Part shown: positions 1 to 16,065 of the stretch, one piece after another
Position numbering within the stretch: the stretch's first letter is position 1
Layout of the letters: every line of letters begins with the position of its first letter
Notes under the pieces: model-generated
The model's database searches: none
Told to the model about the DNA's origin: nothing
Seen by the model: only the letters and a program-made list of their open reading frames with translations
Made by a program: the position numbers and the translations under genes
Source: the human T2T-CHM13v2.0 reference genome, Homo sapiens
Reading direction: 5' to 3' (one strand)
DNA: 64,000 bases
Assembly (NCBI RefSeq): GCF_009914755.1
Contig: NC_060926.1

Positions 1-411
<411 letters not shown>

Positions 412-1261
412 TAACTTCCCCAAGCACACACAGCAGGTAAGTGAAAAGCTGGGATTTGAAACCCAGACAGTCTGGTTGTGCGGCTGACACATTGAGCCAC
501 CATCCACACTGCCTGTTAGAACAGGACGGGAGAGGGTGGGCAAGGGAGGAAGGAAGGAAAAAAAGTAGAAAAAATAGAGAAAAAGCAACCCATTCAAGAA
601 AAGACCAACCTGAAGCCACAGCAGCTATGCCTGAGGAGGAACTAGGAAAACACAATTGAAATCTGGGGAGAAAACAGAACTTTTCTAGAAGCAGAGGATT
701 CCCCACATCCAGCACAGGATGCTGCCAAACCCAAAGATGTTCTTTTTCCGAAGGGTGGATTCACAGGACACACCACCTTGGTGCTTCCTCTGGGTACTTC
801 AGTGCTCCTCTTCCTCCTCAGAGCCAGTGGCAGGACCCTCCAGCCCCTCCTACTTTTCCCATCCCTCCCTCCCCCACACTCTCCTCTCCACTTTGTCCCC
901 ACTTCATCTCTCGAGGAGTTTGACGAAGGTAAACCATTCCCCTCAAGAGGAAGAAAGAGAGGAGGCGGGCAGGAGCCACAGAGGTCTGAGATTCTAAGGA
1001 CTGAGGAGAGAAGGTAAATATTTGGGGCTGAGCTGTGCTTGTCTGCAGCAGGGAGGGCTGTGAGACTCCCTGATACTTTTCTGAAAGGAGGTTTCAGGCT
1101 TCCGGACTGAGAAATCCCCAGGAAGACTTACCTAAGGTACCTCCTTGGCTCTTCCCACTTCCTTCCCCCAGCTCTCATCTCAAAAGGAAGCCTCTCCTTG
1201 GAAACTTCCCTGGACAGCGTGCCCCCTTCTTCCCCCATGCTTGTGAGATTACAGCTTTAAA

Positions 1262-1705
1262 ACTATTCACAAGAGCAAAGACTTGGAACCAACCCAAATG
1301 TCCAACAATGATAGACTGGATTAAGAAAATGTGGCATATATACACCATGGAATACTACGCAGCCATAAAAAATGATGAGCTCATGTCCTTTGTAGGGACA
1401 TGGCTGAAGCTGGAAACCATCATTCTCAGCAAACTATCGCAAGGACAAAAAACCAAACACCGCACGTTCTCACTCGTAGGTGGGAAATGAACAATGAGAA
1501 CACATGGACACAGGAAGGGGGACATCACACACCGGGGACTGTTGTGGGGTGGAGGGAGGGGGGAGGGATAGCATTAGGAGATATACCTAATGCTAAATGA
1601 CAAGTTAATGGGTGCAGCACACCAACATGGCACATGTATACATATGTAACAAACCTGCACGTTGTGCACATGTACCCTAAAACTTAAAGTATAATAATAA
1701 TAAAA

Positions 1706-1736
<31 letters not shown>

Positions 1737-1746
1737 AAAATAAAAG
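1262..1746 (+). mobile_element. 5'-truncated young L1PA (L1PA3-like) 3' end
   Basis: ORF2 C-terminus (DWIKKMWHIYTMEYYAAIK), 3' UTR and (TAAA)n tail. Confidence 0.92.
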
Positions 1747-3331
1747 AACTCCTGATTCAGAACCCAGCCAAGTCCTCTTCAGAGTTCGTGCAGCAAACCA
1801 GTTTCACTCACTCACATGATGGGCCTCTTCCTCCCAGAGTTAATTAGCTGCACATTTTAACAAACATCCAAATGTATGACTGTATTTGCCAAACCCAAGA
1901 GAAAAAGGATTCTGCAAGAAACGAGCTCACGTCTCTTCATAGGGCAGCTGGCTGCACTGATGCAAGCAGCCACAGCGCTCTGCCCTTAATGAACTCCTTG
2001 ACCTCCTCAAGCTCCAGTTCATTCTGCATCCCTCCCTTCACTGCCAAATGGCTTAGACTGGGAGCCTCCATTGCTCTTCTCACTTCCTCCTATCCCCTGA
2101 TCACCAGCCCCCAGCAATCTGCCTTCTTCAGGCCTGCTCTCTAGGGAAAGGGCTAAGGTATTAATACTTCCTCCCCATCCCACTAGTGACCTGATTTAGG
2201 GGAGTCTTATAGTCCTTTCCAAAGATCCTCACCGCCTCTAAAGCATTTAATCCTGATGGCCATACCCTTCTTAACATGCTTTCTAGGTTTCTATGGGAAA
2301 GGGAAAAGGAGATGAGCATTTATTAAGTGCCCACTGAGTGCCATGGGTAGTAAGTCCCCCACCACCCTGTGAGGTGGGTATTAGTATCCCTATTCTGGGG
2401 AGGAAAGCAACAATATCCTGCCTAGAGTCTAAGTCAAGAGGAGCTCTGGGATTCAGGATCTGCTGCCTCTAAAGCACATCCTCCAGCTGATCCCCCTCAC
2501 TCTCAGCTCTCTTCCCTCTGCTGGTTCCTCTTCCTTCATCTCTTCCTTTGCAGTCCTTTCCTAAGTCTCTGTCTTAGGTCTTTTTCTCACCTCTATCTCC
2601 CTAGATAATTTCCCCTAATGCCTCAATTTCTCTTGTCATTACTTCTCTCTAGTGACTCCTAAGTCTCTTACTTTAGTCGTCACCTCAAGCCTTGGCTCCA
2701 GGTCTCAGTTTCCACCTTTCTGCTGGATGTGTCCAAGTGGACGGGCTGCTGACATGTGGATGAGCCCAATCAGACTCCATCATCCTCCCGCAAGTCACCC
2801 TTCCACCTTATGTTCCCAACTTTGTCAACTGCTGCTCACTCCCTTAATCCCATCTTCCAAATCTAAGCCAGCCACCTCAGCTTGTTGATTTTCCCTCTGC
2901 ACAAGATTCTTACTCTTTTCTGCCTTAATTGGCCTGAATGCCTGCAGAAACTTGTTCCTCTGCTTCCACAAGCTAAATTCTCCAATCTTCTCCCAACCTG
3001 CTGTCTTCCAAAGATGAGATTGGGTCACTTCCCTCCCTGAAAACTTCAGTTGTTCCATACCGCTTACTGAATACAGTTTCAATCCCAAGAAGGTTACCCA
3101 TGATCTGACCTTTCTGGTCTTGTTCCCAATGACAGCCCTCCACACAGAGTCTGCCTCTGACACTTGGGAACACCACTCTATCCTCCGGCACACCTTGAAT
3201 GAACCTGCATGCCTCGACCATGTTCATTCATGGCCTCCTTCCTCTGTGATCTAAATCCTACTCACCCTTCAAGGCTCAGCTCAAATGCCACCACCTCTGA
3301 GAAGTCTGCTGTTCTTACCAATTGAAAGTAA

Positions 3332-3699
<368 letters not shown>

Positions 3700-3998
3700 A
3701 AGATACTCTTATACAATAGGTATCTATAATGTCTCCTTTATCACCAGAGTATAGGCTACCTGACCACAAGAACCGGGATTCGCCCAGGTCCTAACCAGTG
3801 CTTTGTACACAGCAGGTCCTCCAGTGGGGCTGCTGAACTGCACTGCACATGATGATGCATGTAAAAGCCAAGTTCTGGCTGTGCTCGAGTGCCTATTGTG
3901 AATATAGAAAGCTGCACTAAATTTTACTGGAAAAAGCCACTTGGGCTATAATCCATGTGAATTCTGAACAAGGCAGGTTTATATAATTAAGATATTTG

Positions 3999-4361
<363 letters not shown>

Positions 4362-4846
4362 CTACAAAAGCTGACTCTCTGCATCTACCAGGCATGGTAT
4401 GCAAGCGAAAAAGAGAAGACTGTATTTCACTGTTCCTAGACAGCTGGTGCACTCATTAACTGTCTGCCCTAACCTCAGCCCAAATGGAAAAGGATCAAAT
4501 GACACAGCAAAGAAACATAGTGACTGAGAGGATAGGCAAAAGACTGGACTAACCTTGGAGTAGCGGTTGGCAGGGGATGGAGGCCAGGAGGGGCCTGTGC
4601 CCAGCGGTCTGGCACCTTCAAGACTTAGAGGGGCCGTCAATAACTCCCAACAATGGTTGGCTTTATGCTTTAGCTTGGATGTCTCACCACTCTGGAGCAC
4701 TCCCTTTAAGAAAGGTTTGTCTGTTGGTAAACAGAGCTGATGAAAATGAGCCTTTTTGGCTGGGCAGGTCAAACTCGGATGTAGGTATCTCTCTCCATGC
4801 CTCATTAGACCTACCCCCATTCAGTGAGATGAGAACTAGCTTCTAG

Positions 4847-5174
<328 letters not shown>

Positions 5175-6301
5175 CTCCTCCTTTTTGACCCAGACCTATC
5201 TACTTGCCCTTTCACTGAATCCCAGGAAAAACTGGGTCTTAGTCAAGTTCACGATCCCCCTAGGCCTAGGACCACCTGCTGCTCCCATCACCAGGCCCTA
5301 AGGTCCCACCCCAGATGCTCTGATACTTAGAAGATTAATAAAGTGAAATTTGGGGTCAGTTCATCTCTATATACCATGCGGAGCCTCAAACCCCAAATCA
5401 CACCTTGGAGTTACTGCTTAGAGCACCTTAGACAGGCACATCCATAGCCTGGTTACTAATGCAGTCCCACCACTCTTTGCAATGCTCAACTGTTTTGACT
5501 CTGAATCCGAGCTAGAGTTTTGACCTAGAACAGGTCAAATGCGAAGGCTGAGTAATGCTTTTCCAATTCTATTTATTTTTATTCCACGGCTCCACTTGAG
5601 TTCTGGAAACAGACTGCTTTGCAGCCAGAGGCCCCTGACCTAATTCTTTATCCTGGTTTTAACCAGATTAAGCCAAGGGAGAGCTCACAGCTCCTGCTGC
5701 CCAAGTATGTCTGCAAAGCCACAGGAAGGTGCCACTAAGCAATAAGATTCGAGCTAGTTTTGTTTAATTTGGGGGCTCCCACCTCACGTACAGTTTAGGG
5801 TTAAAAGAGCAAAACTCAGGATGAGATTTTGCTAATGCTGTCAGGGGAGGGCTGGGGCTTGCCATTTTCCATGTGATATTGTTATTCCTAATCAACTAGT
5901 TGGAACCACCTCCGAGTTCTGGGGCTCTGCAAGGAAGAAAGATAATTAGTCACAGCAAAGACAAAGGATAATATGACTAAATTCCTGCCCGTGGATAGAA
6001 AAAGAAGACTTACATTTCTAACAAGGCAGAAATAGCCAATTCGTTCAATTAGTTTAAGCATGTACCATTGAGAAAGGCCACTTCTTCAAAGTCGTGACCC
6101 AAATTTAGACTGAACTCTGAATCCAGAGTAGAGAAAACATCTCAAAGATCTTGCTATCCCTCCACATCCAGACCTGTGTTGTCCAATACAGCAGCCAATA
6201 GCCACACGTGGCTACTGAGCACCTCAACGTAGCTGATCCAAACTGAGATGGGCGGTAAGGGTAAAATACACATCAGATTTTTGAAGACTTAAGAAAAAAG
6301 G

Positions 6302-6592
6302 GCCAAGCATGGTGGCTCACGCTTGTAATCCCAGCAATTTGGGAGGCCAAAGCAGATGGATTGCTTGAGCCCAGGAGTTTGAGACCAGCCTGGGAAATGT
6401 GGCAAAACTTTGTCCCTACAAAATATACAAAAGGCATAGTTGTGCACACCTGTAGCCCCAGCTTCTCAGGTGGCTGAGGTAGGAGGATTGCTTGAGCCTG
6501 GGAGGTCAAGGCTGCAGTGAGCTGTGATCACGCCACTGCACTCCAGTCTGGGTGACAGAGCGAGACCCTGTCTCAAAAGAAAAAGAAAAAGA
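6302..6592 (+). mobile_element. Alu (AluJ-like)
   Basis: Alu dimer with A-rich tail. Confidence 0.9.
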
Positions 6593-6624
6593 ATGTACAA
6601 TTTGTCATTAAGAGTTTTTATATT

Positions 6625-6975
<351 letters not shown>

Positions 6976-7223
6976 CTATTTATTTTTACTTTTTTAATGT
7001 GGCTACTAGAAAATTTAAAATGACTTATATGACTTGCATTGTATTTTTATTGGGCAGTGCTGATCCACACAACATTATACTCAATTGTTTAATTTTAAAG
7101 TATGGCAAAACTTGCAAAGGAATGTCTTTTTAGCCTAATACCACCAGAAAACACTCTTGTGTAGATCCTCCAGGTGGTAGTGGAGGTGAAGATTCATCCC
7201 CCTTTTAGTCCTTTATTTGAAGC

Positions 7224-7550
7224 GTGTCTTTCAGTTTACAAAAATGCTTTCATACCCATAATTCATTAACTGATAACTACACCTAGACAAACATCATTGC
7301 TTTGAAAAGACCTCTAAGACAAGAAAAAAGATAAATACATTTGACTAAATACAAATTTGAAACTTTTATATGTGACGGGAAGGAAATAATAGTGCCTTTC
7401 AGTTTACAAAAATGTTTTCACACCCATAATCTCACTTAACTGATAGCTACACTTAGACACGTCTCATTACTTTTAAAAGACTTCCAAGACAACAGAAAAA
7501 ATAAACTTCACTAGTAAAATTTTGAAGCCTTTATACAGTTAGGGGAAAAA
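7224..7550. repeat. Diverged tandem duplication, ~168-bp unit, 2 copies
   Basis: GTGTCTTTCAGTTTACAAAAATG...CCCATAAT...AACTGATA at 7224 recurs as GTGCCTTTCAGTTTACAAAAATG... at 7392. Confidence 0.85.
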
Positions 7551-7631
7551 ACCACAATAAAATGGCAAGCAATATACCAGAAAAAGCATTTGATACAAAT
7601 ATACCAAGGGGTTAATATAGAAAGAAAGTCA

Positions 7632-7945
7632 GGCCAGGTGTGGTGGCCCACACCTGTAATCTCAGCACTTTGGGAGGCAGAGGCAGGTGGATCACTAGAG
7701 GTCAAGAGTTCAAGACCAGCCTGGCCAACATGGTGAAACCCTGTCTCTACTAAAAATACAAAAATTAGCTTGGCATGGAGGCACACATCTGTAGTCCCAG
7801 CTACTCAGGAGGCCGAGGCACCAGAATCGCTTGAACCCAGGAAGTGGAGGTTGCAGTGAGCCAAGATTACACCACCGCACGCTAGCCTGGATGACAGTAA
7901 GACTCTGTCTCAAAAAAAAGAAAGAAAGAAAGAAAGAAAAGAACA
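7632..7945 (+). mobile_element. Alu (AluS-like) with (AAAG)n tail
   Basis: Alu dimer. Confidence 0.92.
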
Positions 7946-8262
7946 GAAAATCACACTAATGAGCAAAAGACATTGAGATAATTCACAAAAAAATCAATTA
8001 AGGCATAATATCCACCCTATAATAACCAAAGAAATTCTCAAACAATGAACACTGTGTTGCTATTGTTGTCTAGCCAAATTATCTATCAAAAATAAAATGA
8101 AATTGTCCAGTGCTGGAGAGGGTCTAGTGAAAGGGGCTATTTTGTATTATGATTGAGTTATAAAATTTCTGTCACTTTCTGTGAAAACTATTTGTCAGGA
8201 TGTATCAAAGCATATAAAAATGGGCAAAATCTTTAACCCAAGAATTCCAGTTCTAAGAATCT

Positions 8263-8274
8263 AGACAGACAGAC

Positions 8275-8313
<39 letters not shown>

Positions 8314-8323
8314 CAGACAGATA
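8263..8323. repeat. Compound (GACA)n(GATA)n(GACA)n STR
   Basis: Read directly from the sequence. Confidence 0.95.
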
Positions 8324-9936
8324 TCTTTTTAAAATACCAGAAACAAAATGCAATAAAATAGTACGATAGTATTTATCTTGGCTAGGATTACATGTGAGTG
8401 ACTTTTTTTCTCCTGTACTTTTCAAATTTTCCACAATGCTCACATACTTCTTTTATAATCAGAACAGAAACTTTAAAATCCCTAAGAATGATTATTTTTA
8501 AAGCTTCCTTTGTAAACCTAATCTAGCATCTAATTAGCTCAAAAATGGAAAAGTCTAGGTCTGAGTATGACTATAACTTAAATTTATTTTAAAAGGTATT
8601 TGCTATGTTTCAGATGGCAACTCACAGGCCATAACTCATCTGATTTCAAAGAATTTTGTTAAATTGAAAATCCTATTGATACATTTGCAGGTTCCTGTGC
8701 ATGTCCCAGTATTCAGCTGAAAACACTGTTGCTTCTGTGGGGCATTGACTCTGTATTCCAGGATCTCGCCAGCCTCAAAGGGGAGAAGGCAGACAGGGAG
8801 CATGGCGACAGCAAGAACAAGGTGACGACAAGGACAGGAGCCCCAGCAGAGTTGAGGTCATCTTGTGGGATAGGGGAGAACATTCAGCAGAGATAGGCAG
8901 GGGATACAGAGGGAGGAAGGAAGAGAAGAAATTAGAAAGTTAAAATGTGCTTTTTTAGAAAAACCAACAATCCTAGAAATCTGACAGTTTCTCATTCTTT
9001 AGCCCAAAAGCTTCTTGTTGTAGTGGTCAACCCTTTCCTAATTATTCCTCCAGGATACCTATCACCATGAACCCTACCTTACATTTGCTCTTCCTTTGTT
9101 TGCAAGCTGTCAAGTTGTTTATCTCTGCTTGACACTGAACAATTACAGTCCTTTTTTACCTTTACTCCCTAGGAGGAAGAAGTTTAAGCAGCAGGGCTGT
9201 GATCCATTCATTGACCTAAAGGGAGTAGGGGACTTGGTGGTGAGAAGAGATGAATGATCCCAGGAAAAAAGGAATGAAGGCAGGTGAACCAATCTAATTT
9301 CTCATCAATTGCACCTCCAGGTAATGAGAGGAATGATCTTTGCTAGGAGGAAAAACCTTGTCTACTGAATGCCCTTAGAAGGATGTCTCTGGCCAGAGGA
9401 TTTCTTAGAATTGCAATACCCAAAATCTTTGAGGCGTGGCTCCCTGGAAAATGTCATGTAGCCAACAAAATAATGAGGGGTATCAAATGGAGTTCTTTTA
9501 AAACTTAAAAGCTTTGCACTGTACACCTTACTTAGACCCATTTAGTATTGTGAATCAGAGGGACAGGTCTAGGGAGGGAGAGGGGGTCCCAGGGAGACAT
9601 CCTCAATGCCCCAGACCTCTCTCTGCTTTATCTGAGCCTCTCAATAGCCTGCCTCTTCGGAATTATTAGTAAAGCTTAATGATGGGTAAAATTCATGATC
9701 CGCGTGGATCTGATTTGACAATGGGTTTTGCTCATCCCACCCCACTTCCATAGCTTGATTTCTACTTTCTAATTTTTCCATATTTTTCATGACCTACCCC
9801 AGATCTTCTCAAATTACCTATATTCTTTTTTTAAGACTTACAGCCACAAACTAAACCACTTCCCTAATCACCCCAAGCACATCTAGAGCACACTGTGTCC
9901 CCACAAACAAACCTGGTCACACTGACACTTTAATAA

Positions 9937-10326
<390 letters not shown>

Positions 10327-11094
10327 AAACATTTTCCATTACAATTCTAGTATCCCATTCACTGTCCATTTTTACACCCCCATAATCTTTAACTGAGCCT
10401 ACAGATTCTGCCTCCCTGACTCAAGTGTTGGGGTTTACTCTTACAAACGCTGATGCCAAAAGCCTCAGGCAAAATAATCACTTAAACTGAAGCAGTCCTG
10501 GGATTGTCTGGAAAAACTGGTTAACATATTTGTTTATAATTACCCCAGTCTTTCCTCGTTATTATAGACATATGAATGACTCCTCACCAAGCCAGTCACG
10601 AAGCTGCCTTTTGGATCCTGAATTCTGCAGCCATTCCCAGTTTCTGAGACCTTTACCTTGTCAGTCATCTGCCTGCCTCTTTGTCAACATGATAGGCTTC
10701 AGATAAAGCCATTAAAACATTTCCTGTGAATTTAAAACCCCAGAATATGAAAGGAAAATAGCAGAGTGGCACTAGTCCAAGACAGGGTGCATTTTAATAT
10801 ATTTGAAAATTATAGTGCATTTTTTCACTTAGACTAATCTCACATAATAGAGCACTGTTTAGCCATTTTTCAAAAGAAAGAAATCACCAGTAAATGAAAA
10901 ATGTTTTATACCCATAAATGAAAAAGCTAGAAGATTCTCTCAATCTCTAAAGAGAATCTCTTCTTCCAAAGTATCATAAATCAGGGGGTATAAGAAGTCT
11001 TCCTTAAAGAGGCTGCTCATGTGTCCTTTTTGTATGAAAAATTAAATCCACACAGTCATTTGCGCCAAGCCTACTGAGCACCAAGTGGCCTTAA

Positions 11095-11266
11095 GTAGAG
11101 GCCAGCAAACTTTTTATGTGTATTTTATGTTGGGGTTCTGTGTGAGACATCATTAGTAGCAAAAAAGCAGCCATAGTCAGTATGTAACCTCATGGGCACG
11201 ACTGTGTTCCAATAAAACTTTATTTATAAATAGGCAGCAAACTGGATTTGGCCCATGTGTCATAGT
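11095..11266 (+). mobile_element. MER58A-like DNA transposon relic
   Basis: CAGCAAACTTTT...GCAGCCATAG...CTGTGTTCCAATAAAACTTTATTTAT...GGATTTGGCCCA. Confidence 0.7.
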
Positions 11267-12189
11267 GAGTCCTAAGTGTGAAGGGAAATGTAGCAGGAGG
11301 AATCAAATCCACCCATTTTACTCTCAAAAATGCCCACAACTTCCACTTCAGGCCCAGTGCATGCATCTTCCTCAAAGGGCATGAATGAGGTCTGGCATGA
11401 ATGAGGTCTAGCAGCTTAAGATGCAAACACATAAGAATCCAATATTTAATGTTTTGGGGGTTAAAAGCTACATCACCTCTTCACAGCACATCAGCCTTTA
11501 AATATGAGGACTTTTTGAAATCATGTCTCCAGAAGGAGGTATCCCTTCTGTTAGATGAGAAAACAGGCCCAGAGAGGTTGAGTGGTCAGCCAAAGGTCAC
11601 ACAGCAAATTCACAGTAGAGTCAGAAGACAGTAGTAGAGTTAGGCCCAAACCCCAGGAACCCCTTCTGCTGAGTCACCTTCCTCTTGTGCTCTAGGGAAC
11701 AAGCATCTGTTTTACTTTTCAACACTCATTACCACAGCATCAGGTAACAGAGTAAAAAAGATGAGCTTTTAATCTTGCTTCGGCAGGATAGTGATTTTTT
11801 CAAATGTTGCCTCACAACAGAACCCCAACATAAAATACACATGAAAGAAAGGTGCCTCTCTCCCTCTGCCTGGCCCCACCCAAAGCTCATGGGACAGCTT
11901 GAAGGGATCCTGATGATCACAGAAATCAAGTAGTTCGAAAGTGATTTTCATTACCATCTACTATCTCTTAGCACCTCTCAGTTCTAGCACTCCCCTCCTC
12001 TACCTCTCAGCCCTGCCCTACGCCCAGGGCCTACTGATGCAGTGTTCCCTCTTACAAGCTTCCCCTCTGTAGCCTACAATCAAAACTTACTAGTCCTGGA
12101 GCCCAGTCCTTTGAAAAACTAATTTGTGCTGACCTATGAGTAATTGGTAACTTAATTTTTTGCTAAACATAATTAATCTGTCTCATTAG

Positions 12190-12502
<313 letters not shown>

Positions 12503-12825
12503 TAATGTGTTATTCTTCCCAGACATCAGATTTGAGTTTTAAAGGGGCCTTTAGTAGCCCAACACAATGTTTTTGAAATTGGGCAGCTTCTCCAAAGATG
12601 TCTCGGGAGCTGCCTAAGATGGAGAAATCTAGGCTTCTACCCCTATGTCATTCACCCAGAGAAGCTTTAATTGTATTAGTTTCCTGGTGGATTTCATTTG
12701 AGGGAAGAGTTCCAGAGATAACATAAAAAAGCTTAAAAACCACAGACTTATGCCAAAGCACTGACCCATGATCAACATCTGAACCACAATGCCAGTACAG
12801 AAGTTATTTTAAGTGTGTCAAGAAC

Positions 12826-13222
12826 TGTAAAGCATCTGAGATTTCACCCCCTTTACAAGCTAACAAGTTCTCCTGCCAATTTCATGGGTGCTGGCAAAAG
12901 AAACGAGATTCCTGGATCAGCATTTTTATGCCATTTCTCTTGAGTGCCCGTTTCCATATTGTAAGGCAGAGAAAAACAAATGATGTGTATACAGTAGGTT
13001 GCATTACAGAGGAGAAACCCTGAACTTAGGGAACCTGAATCTTTTATAACGGGCAATAATCCTGCCTGCCCTTTGTGCCAGAGGGAGACAGTATGTCCAC
13101 CTCCCAAGGCCACGCATTATATAAGCATCCTTGAAAAGACAGTCCAGAACAAAGGGCAGACGATGACTCTACTTACAACATGTGCAGAGACCAGCAGACC
13201 CAGGGAGAACTGTCTCCCAATA
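12826..13222 (-). mobile_element. ERVL solo LTR (LTR40-like)
   Basis: Minus strand starts TATTGGGAGACAGTTCTCC and ends ...AACTTGTTAGCTTGTAA...ATCTCAGATGCTTTACA, resembling the LTR40 consensus. Confidence 0.6.
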
Positions 13223-13454
13223 TGGAGGTCATGGAGGGGTGGGGGGCAGTTAAAGCTAGGCCTACTTAGGACTCCCTTTGTAAGCTTCCCAGGCTGGGAG
13301 TTAGCGGGTTCAGAGGGAAAGAAAAAACCTTGCAAAGGGACAAAGAAGTGTTTTCTACTCATTTAGTTAGAAAGCATTCACCATCCCTCTTAGGATAGAG
13401 TTAAAAATTCTCACCATGGCCTACATTTTTTATTTTATCAATTGCATGCCTATC

Positions 13455-13855
13455 ATTATGGGTTAAATTGACTCCCCGCAAAATTGGTATGTTGAATCCT
13501 AAGCCCCAGTACCTCAGAATGTGACCTTATTTAGACACAATCTCTTTACAGAAGTAATCGAGTTAAAATGAGGTTATTCTGGTGGGCCCTAATCCAGTAC
13601 AACTGCTTTCCCAATAAGAAGGGGAAATTTAGATAGAGACACATGCACAGGAAGACAACAAAGATACAGGGAGAAGACAGCCACCTCCAAGCCAAGGATG
13701 GGGGCCTGGAGAACATCCTTCCCTCAGAGCCCTCAGCAGGAACCAACCCTTCATCTCAGACTTCTTGCCCCCAGAACTGTGAGAGAACAAATTTCTGTTG
13801 TTTAAGCCACCCAGTTTATGGTACTTTGGAACAGCAGCCCCAGCAAACCAATACA
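13455..13855 (+). mobile_element. MaLR solo LTR (MLT1B/C-like)
   Basis: CCCCAGTACCTCAGAATGTGACCTTATTT...CCAGAACTGTGAGA...AATTTCTGTTGTTTAAGCCACCCAGT...AATACA. Confidence 0.8.
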
Positions 13856-14278
13856 CCCACCAAATGAATGTATTTTCCATTTTGAATTCACAAGATGAAT
13901 CAAATAAACAGAGCCATCCATGAAATATGAGTTTTTCTACTTTGAGACTTCTGCATCAAAGGACTGTGACTCAAGCCTCTCTAACAAGAGTCTCTTACTC
14001 ATCTGCACAGCCATACATGCACAAGGGCAGCAGGGAAACAGCATGAGCTCTGGGTCTGAGTCTGAGCTTCACCCCTGACTAGCAAGTCATTCAGCCTCTG
14101 TGACCTCAGTTTTACGAACTGTAGAGTGGAAGACACTTGCCTGCCAATGCCACAGGCTTGTAAAGCTCAAACGTTACACGAGAAAGCACGCTGCAAAGAA
14201 AAGTGCTGTACGAATGTTAATTATTAGGATAAGATGATCACAGCTTCAGCTGCTACAGTGGGTTAAAAATAATACTGA

Positions 14279-14754
14279 TATTTACAATAGCAAAGACTTG
14301 GAACCAGCCCAAATGCCCATCAATGATAGACTGGATAAAGAAAATGTGGCACATATACACTATGGAATACTATGCAGCCATAAAAAAGAATGAGTTCATC
14401 CATGTCCTTAGTAGGGACATGGATGAAGCTGGAAGCCATAATTCTCAGCAAACTAACACAGGAACAGAAAACCAAACACCACATGTTCTGACTCATAAGT
14501 GGGAGTTGAACAATGAGAATACACGAACACGGGGGTGGGGAGGACATCACACACTGGGGCCTGTCAGGGGATGGGGCGCAAGGAGAGGGAGAGCATTAGG
14601 ACAAATACCTAATGCATGCAAGGCTTAAAACCTAGATGACGGGTTGATACGGGCAGCAAACCACCATGGCACATGTATGTCTATGTAACAAACCTGCACA
14701 TTCTGCACATGCATCCCAGAACTTAAAGCAAAATTTAAAAAATAAGAATAAAAT
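14279..14754 (+). mobile_element. 5'-truncated L1PA 3' end (older L1PA)
   Basis: Same ORF2 C-terminal motif, 3' UTR and A-rich tail. Confidence 0.9.
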
Positions 14755-15788
14755 AGTGACAACTGCTATCCACGCTTGGAGGTAGGAGTTCAATAGAAAA
14801 TCATCATTCTGACACATGTCAGCATTTGCCCTCTCTCTAGTTTCCATGTACCCTAAGGTGCTTTTTATTCCCCAACCATCACTTCAAAACAGGTAAGCGG
14901 TAAATACTATGTCATGGATCAAAATATTAAGAAGTCAATGAAATTCTATGTTTTTGGACACCTAGCAATCAAAAGCCTAGATCTATCTGGTCCTGAGCCA
15001 GTTCCTCCAGATGACTGGATCTTGCCCTGTGTCAGATGAGAAGTTCGCATAAAGAAAGGTACAGGCAGAATAAGGTAGAATATCCTGGACAAGCTGAATG
15101 TAGAAAAACATGGATCAAAGGAGCAGAGGTCCTGCCTGCTTCCTTTCCTGTGTGTGTTACAGGGCCCTGCTCTCAACTTACTGTAGCTGGGAGAAGAGTC
15201 CAAAGCAGCAGAGACAAAAGAGCAAGAAAAGACCTTTCAAAACTAGGGCAGAGGAACAGGTAGAGTGAGTATATGAAGGACAGTCTGTGTTTCAACATCA
15301 ACCAAGGATCTGCCAGCGAGAAGGGAGATCATTTCTCAAACGCACTGCCTTACCTAACCCATCAGATGGGAAAGACATTCCCGGCACCCGCAGTTAGTTG
15401 CCCGATGGTGCAACTCCAAGATATGCCAGGTGCTGATTGCCAGCTCATGCCAGGGATCACCCCCTCTAGACCATTCAGTCCTTGGGCTCCACAAGATCGT
15501 TTTGGACAGGAAACCACCTGGATGGTCCAGTGCCGTGTCCTCTACCTTCAGGACCCTGTCTCCTTCCTAGGAATCCTGGATCCCAAGCCTCTGGCAGTAT
15601 TTCTCAGATGATGAGGCTGCTCCAACTCCAACGTGGGAAAGACCAAAAACTTCAGCAGCATTATCCAAAGGTTATCTGGAACTCCAGCAAGAAAGCACTG
15701 AACTGGCCTATTTAGAAAACCTCTCCTCTCCATAAAAAATTTAAAAAGAAAAGGAGGAATAAGAAGATAGGATTAAAAAGAGCTGTGA

Positions 15789-16065
15789 GGCCAGGTGCAG
15801 TGGCTCACACCTGTAATCCCAGCACTTTGGGAGGCCGAGGCAAGTGGATCACTTGAGGCCAGGAGTTAGAGACCAGCCTAGCCAACATGGTGAAAACCCA
15901 TTTCTACTAGATGTACAAAAACTAGCCAGGCCTGGTGGTGCTTGCCTGTAATCCCAGCTACCTGGGAGTCTGAGGCGAGGTTGCGGTGAGCCGAGATTGT
16001 GCCACTGCACTTCAGTCTAGCCAATAGAGTGAGACTCTCTCCCAGAAAAAAAAAAAAAAAAAAAA
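15789..16065 (+). mobile_element. Alu (AluS-like, right-arm deletion)
   Basis: Alu dimer with poly-A. Confidence 0.9.

Noticed and set aside
15273-15733. Overlapping ORFs in non-repeat-looking sequence (possible processed pseudogene)
   Set aside because: No recognisable parent protein, poly(A) or TSD; a BLAST search would be needed.
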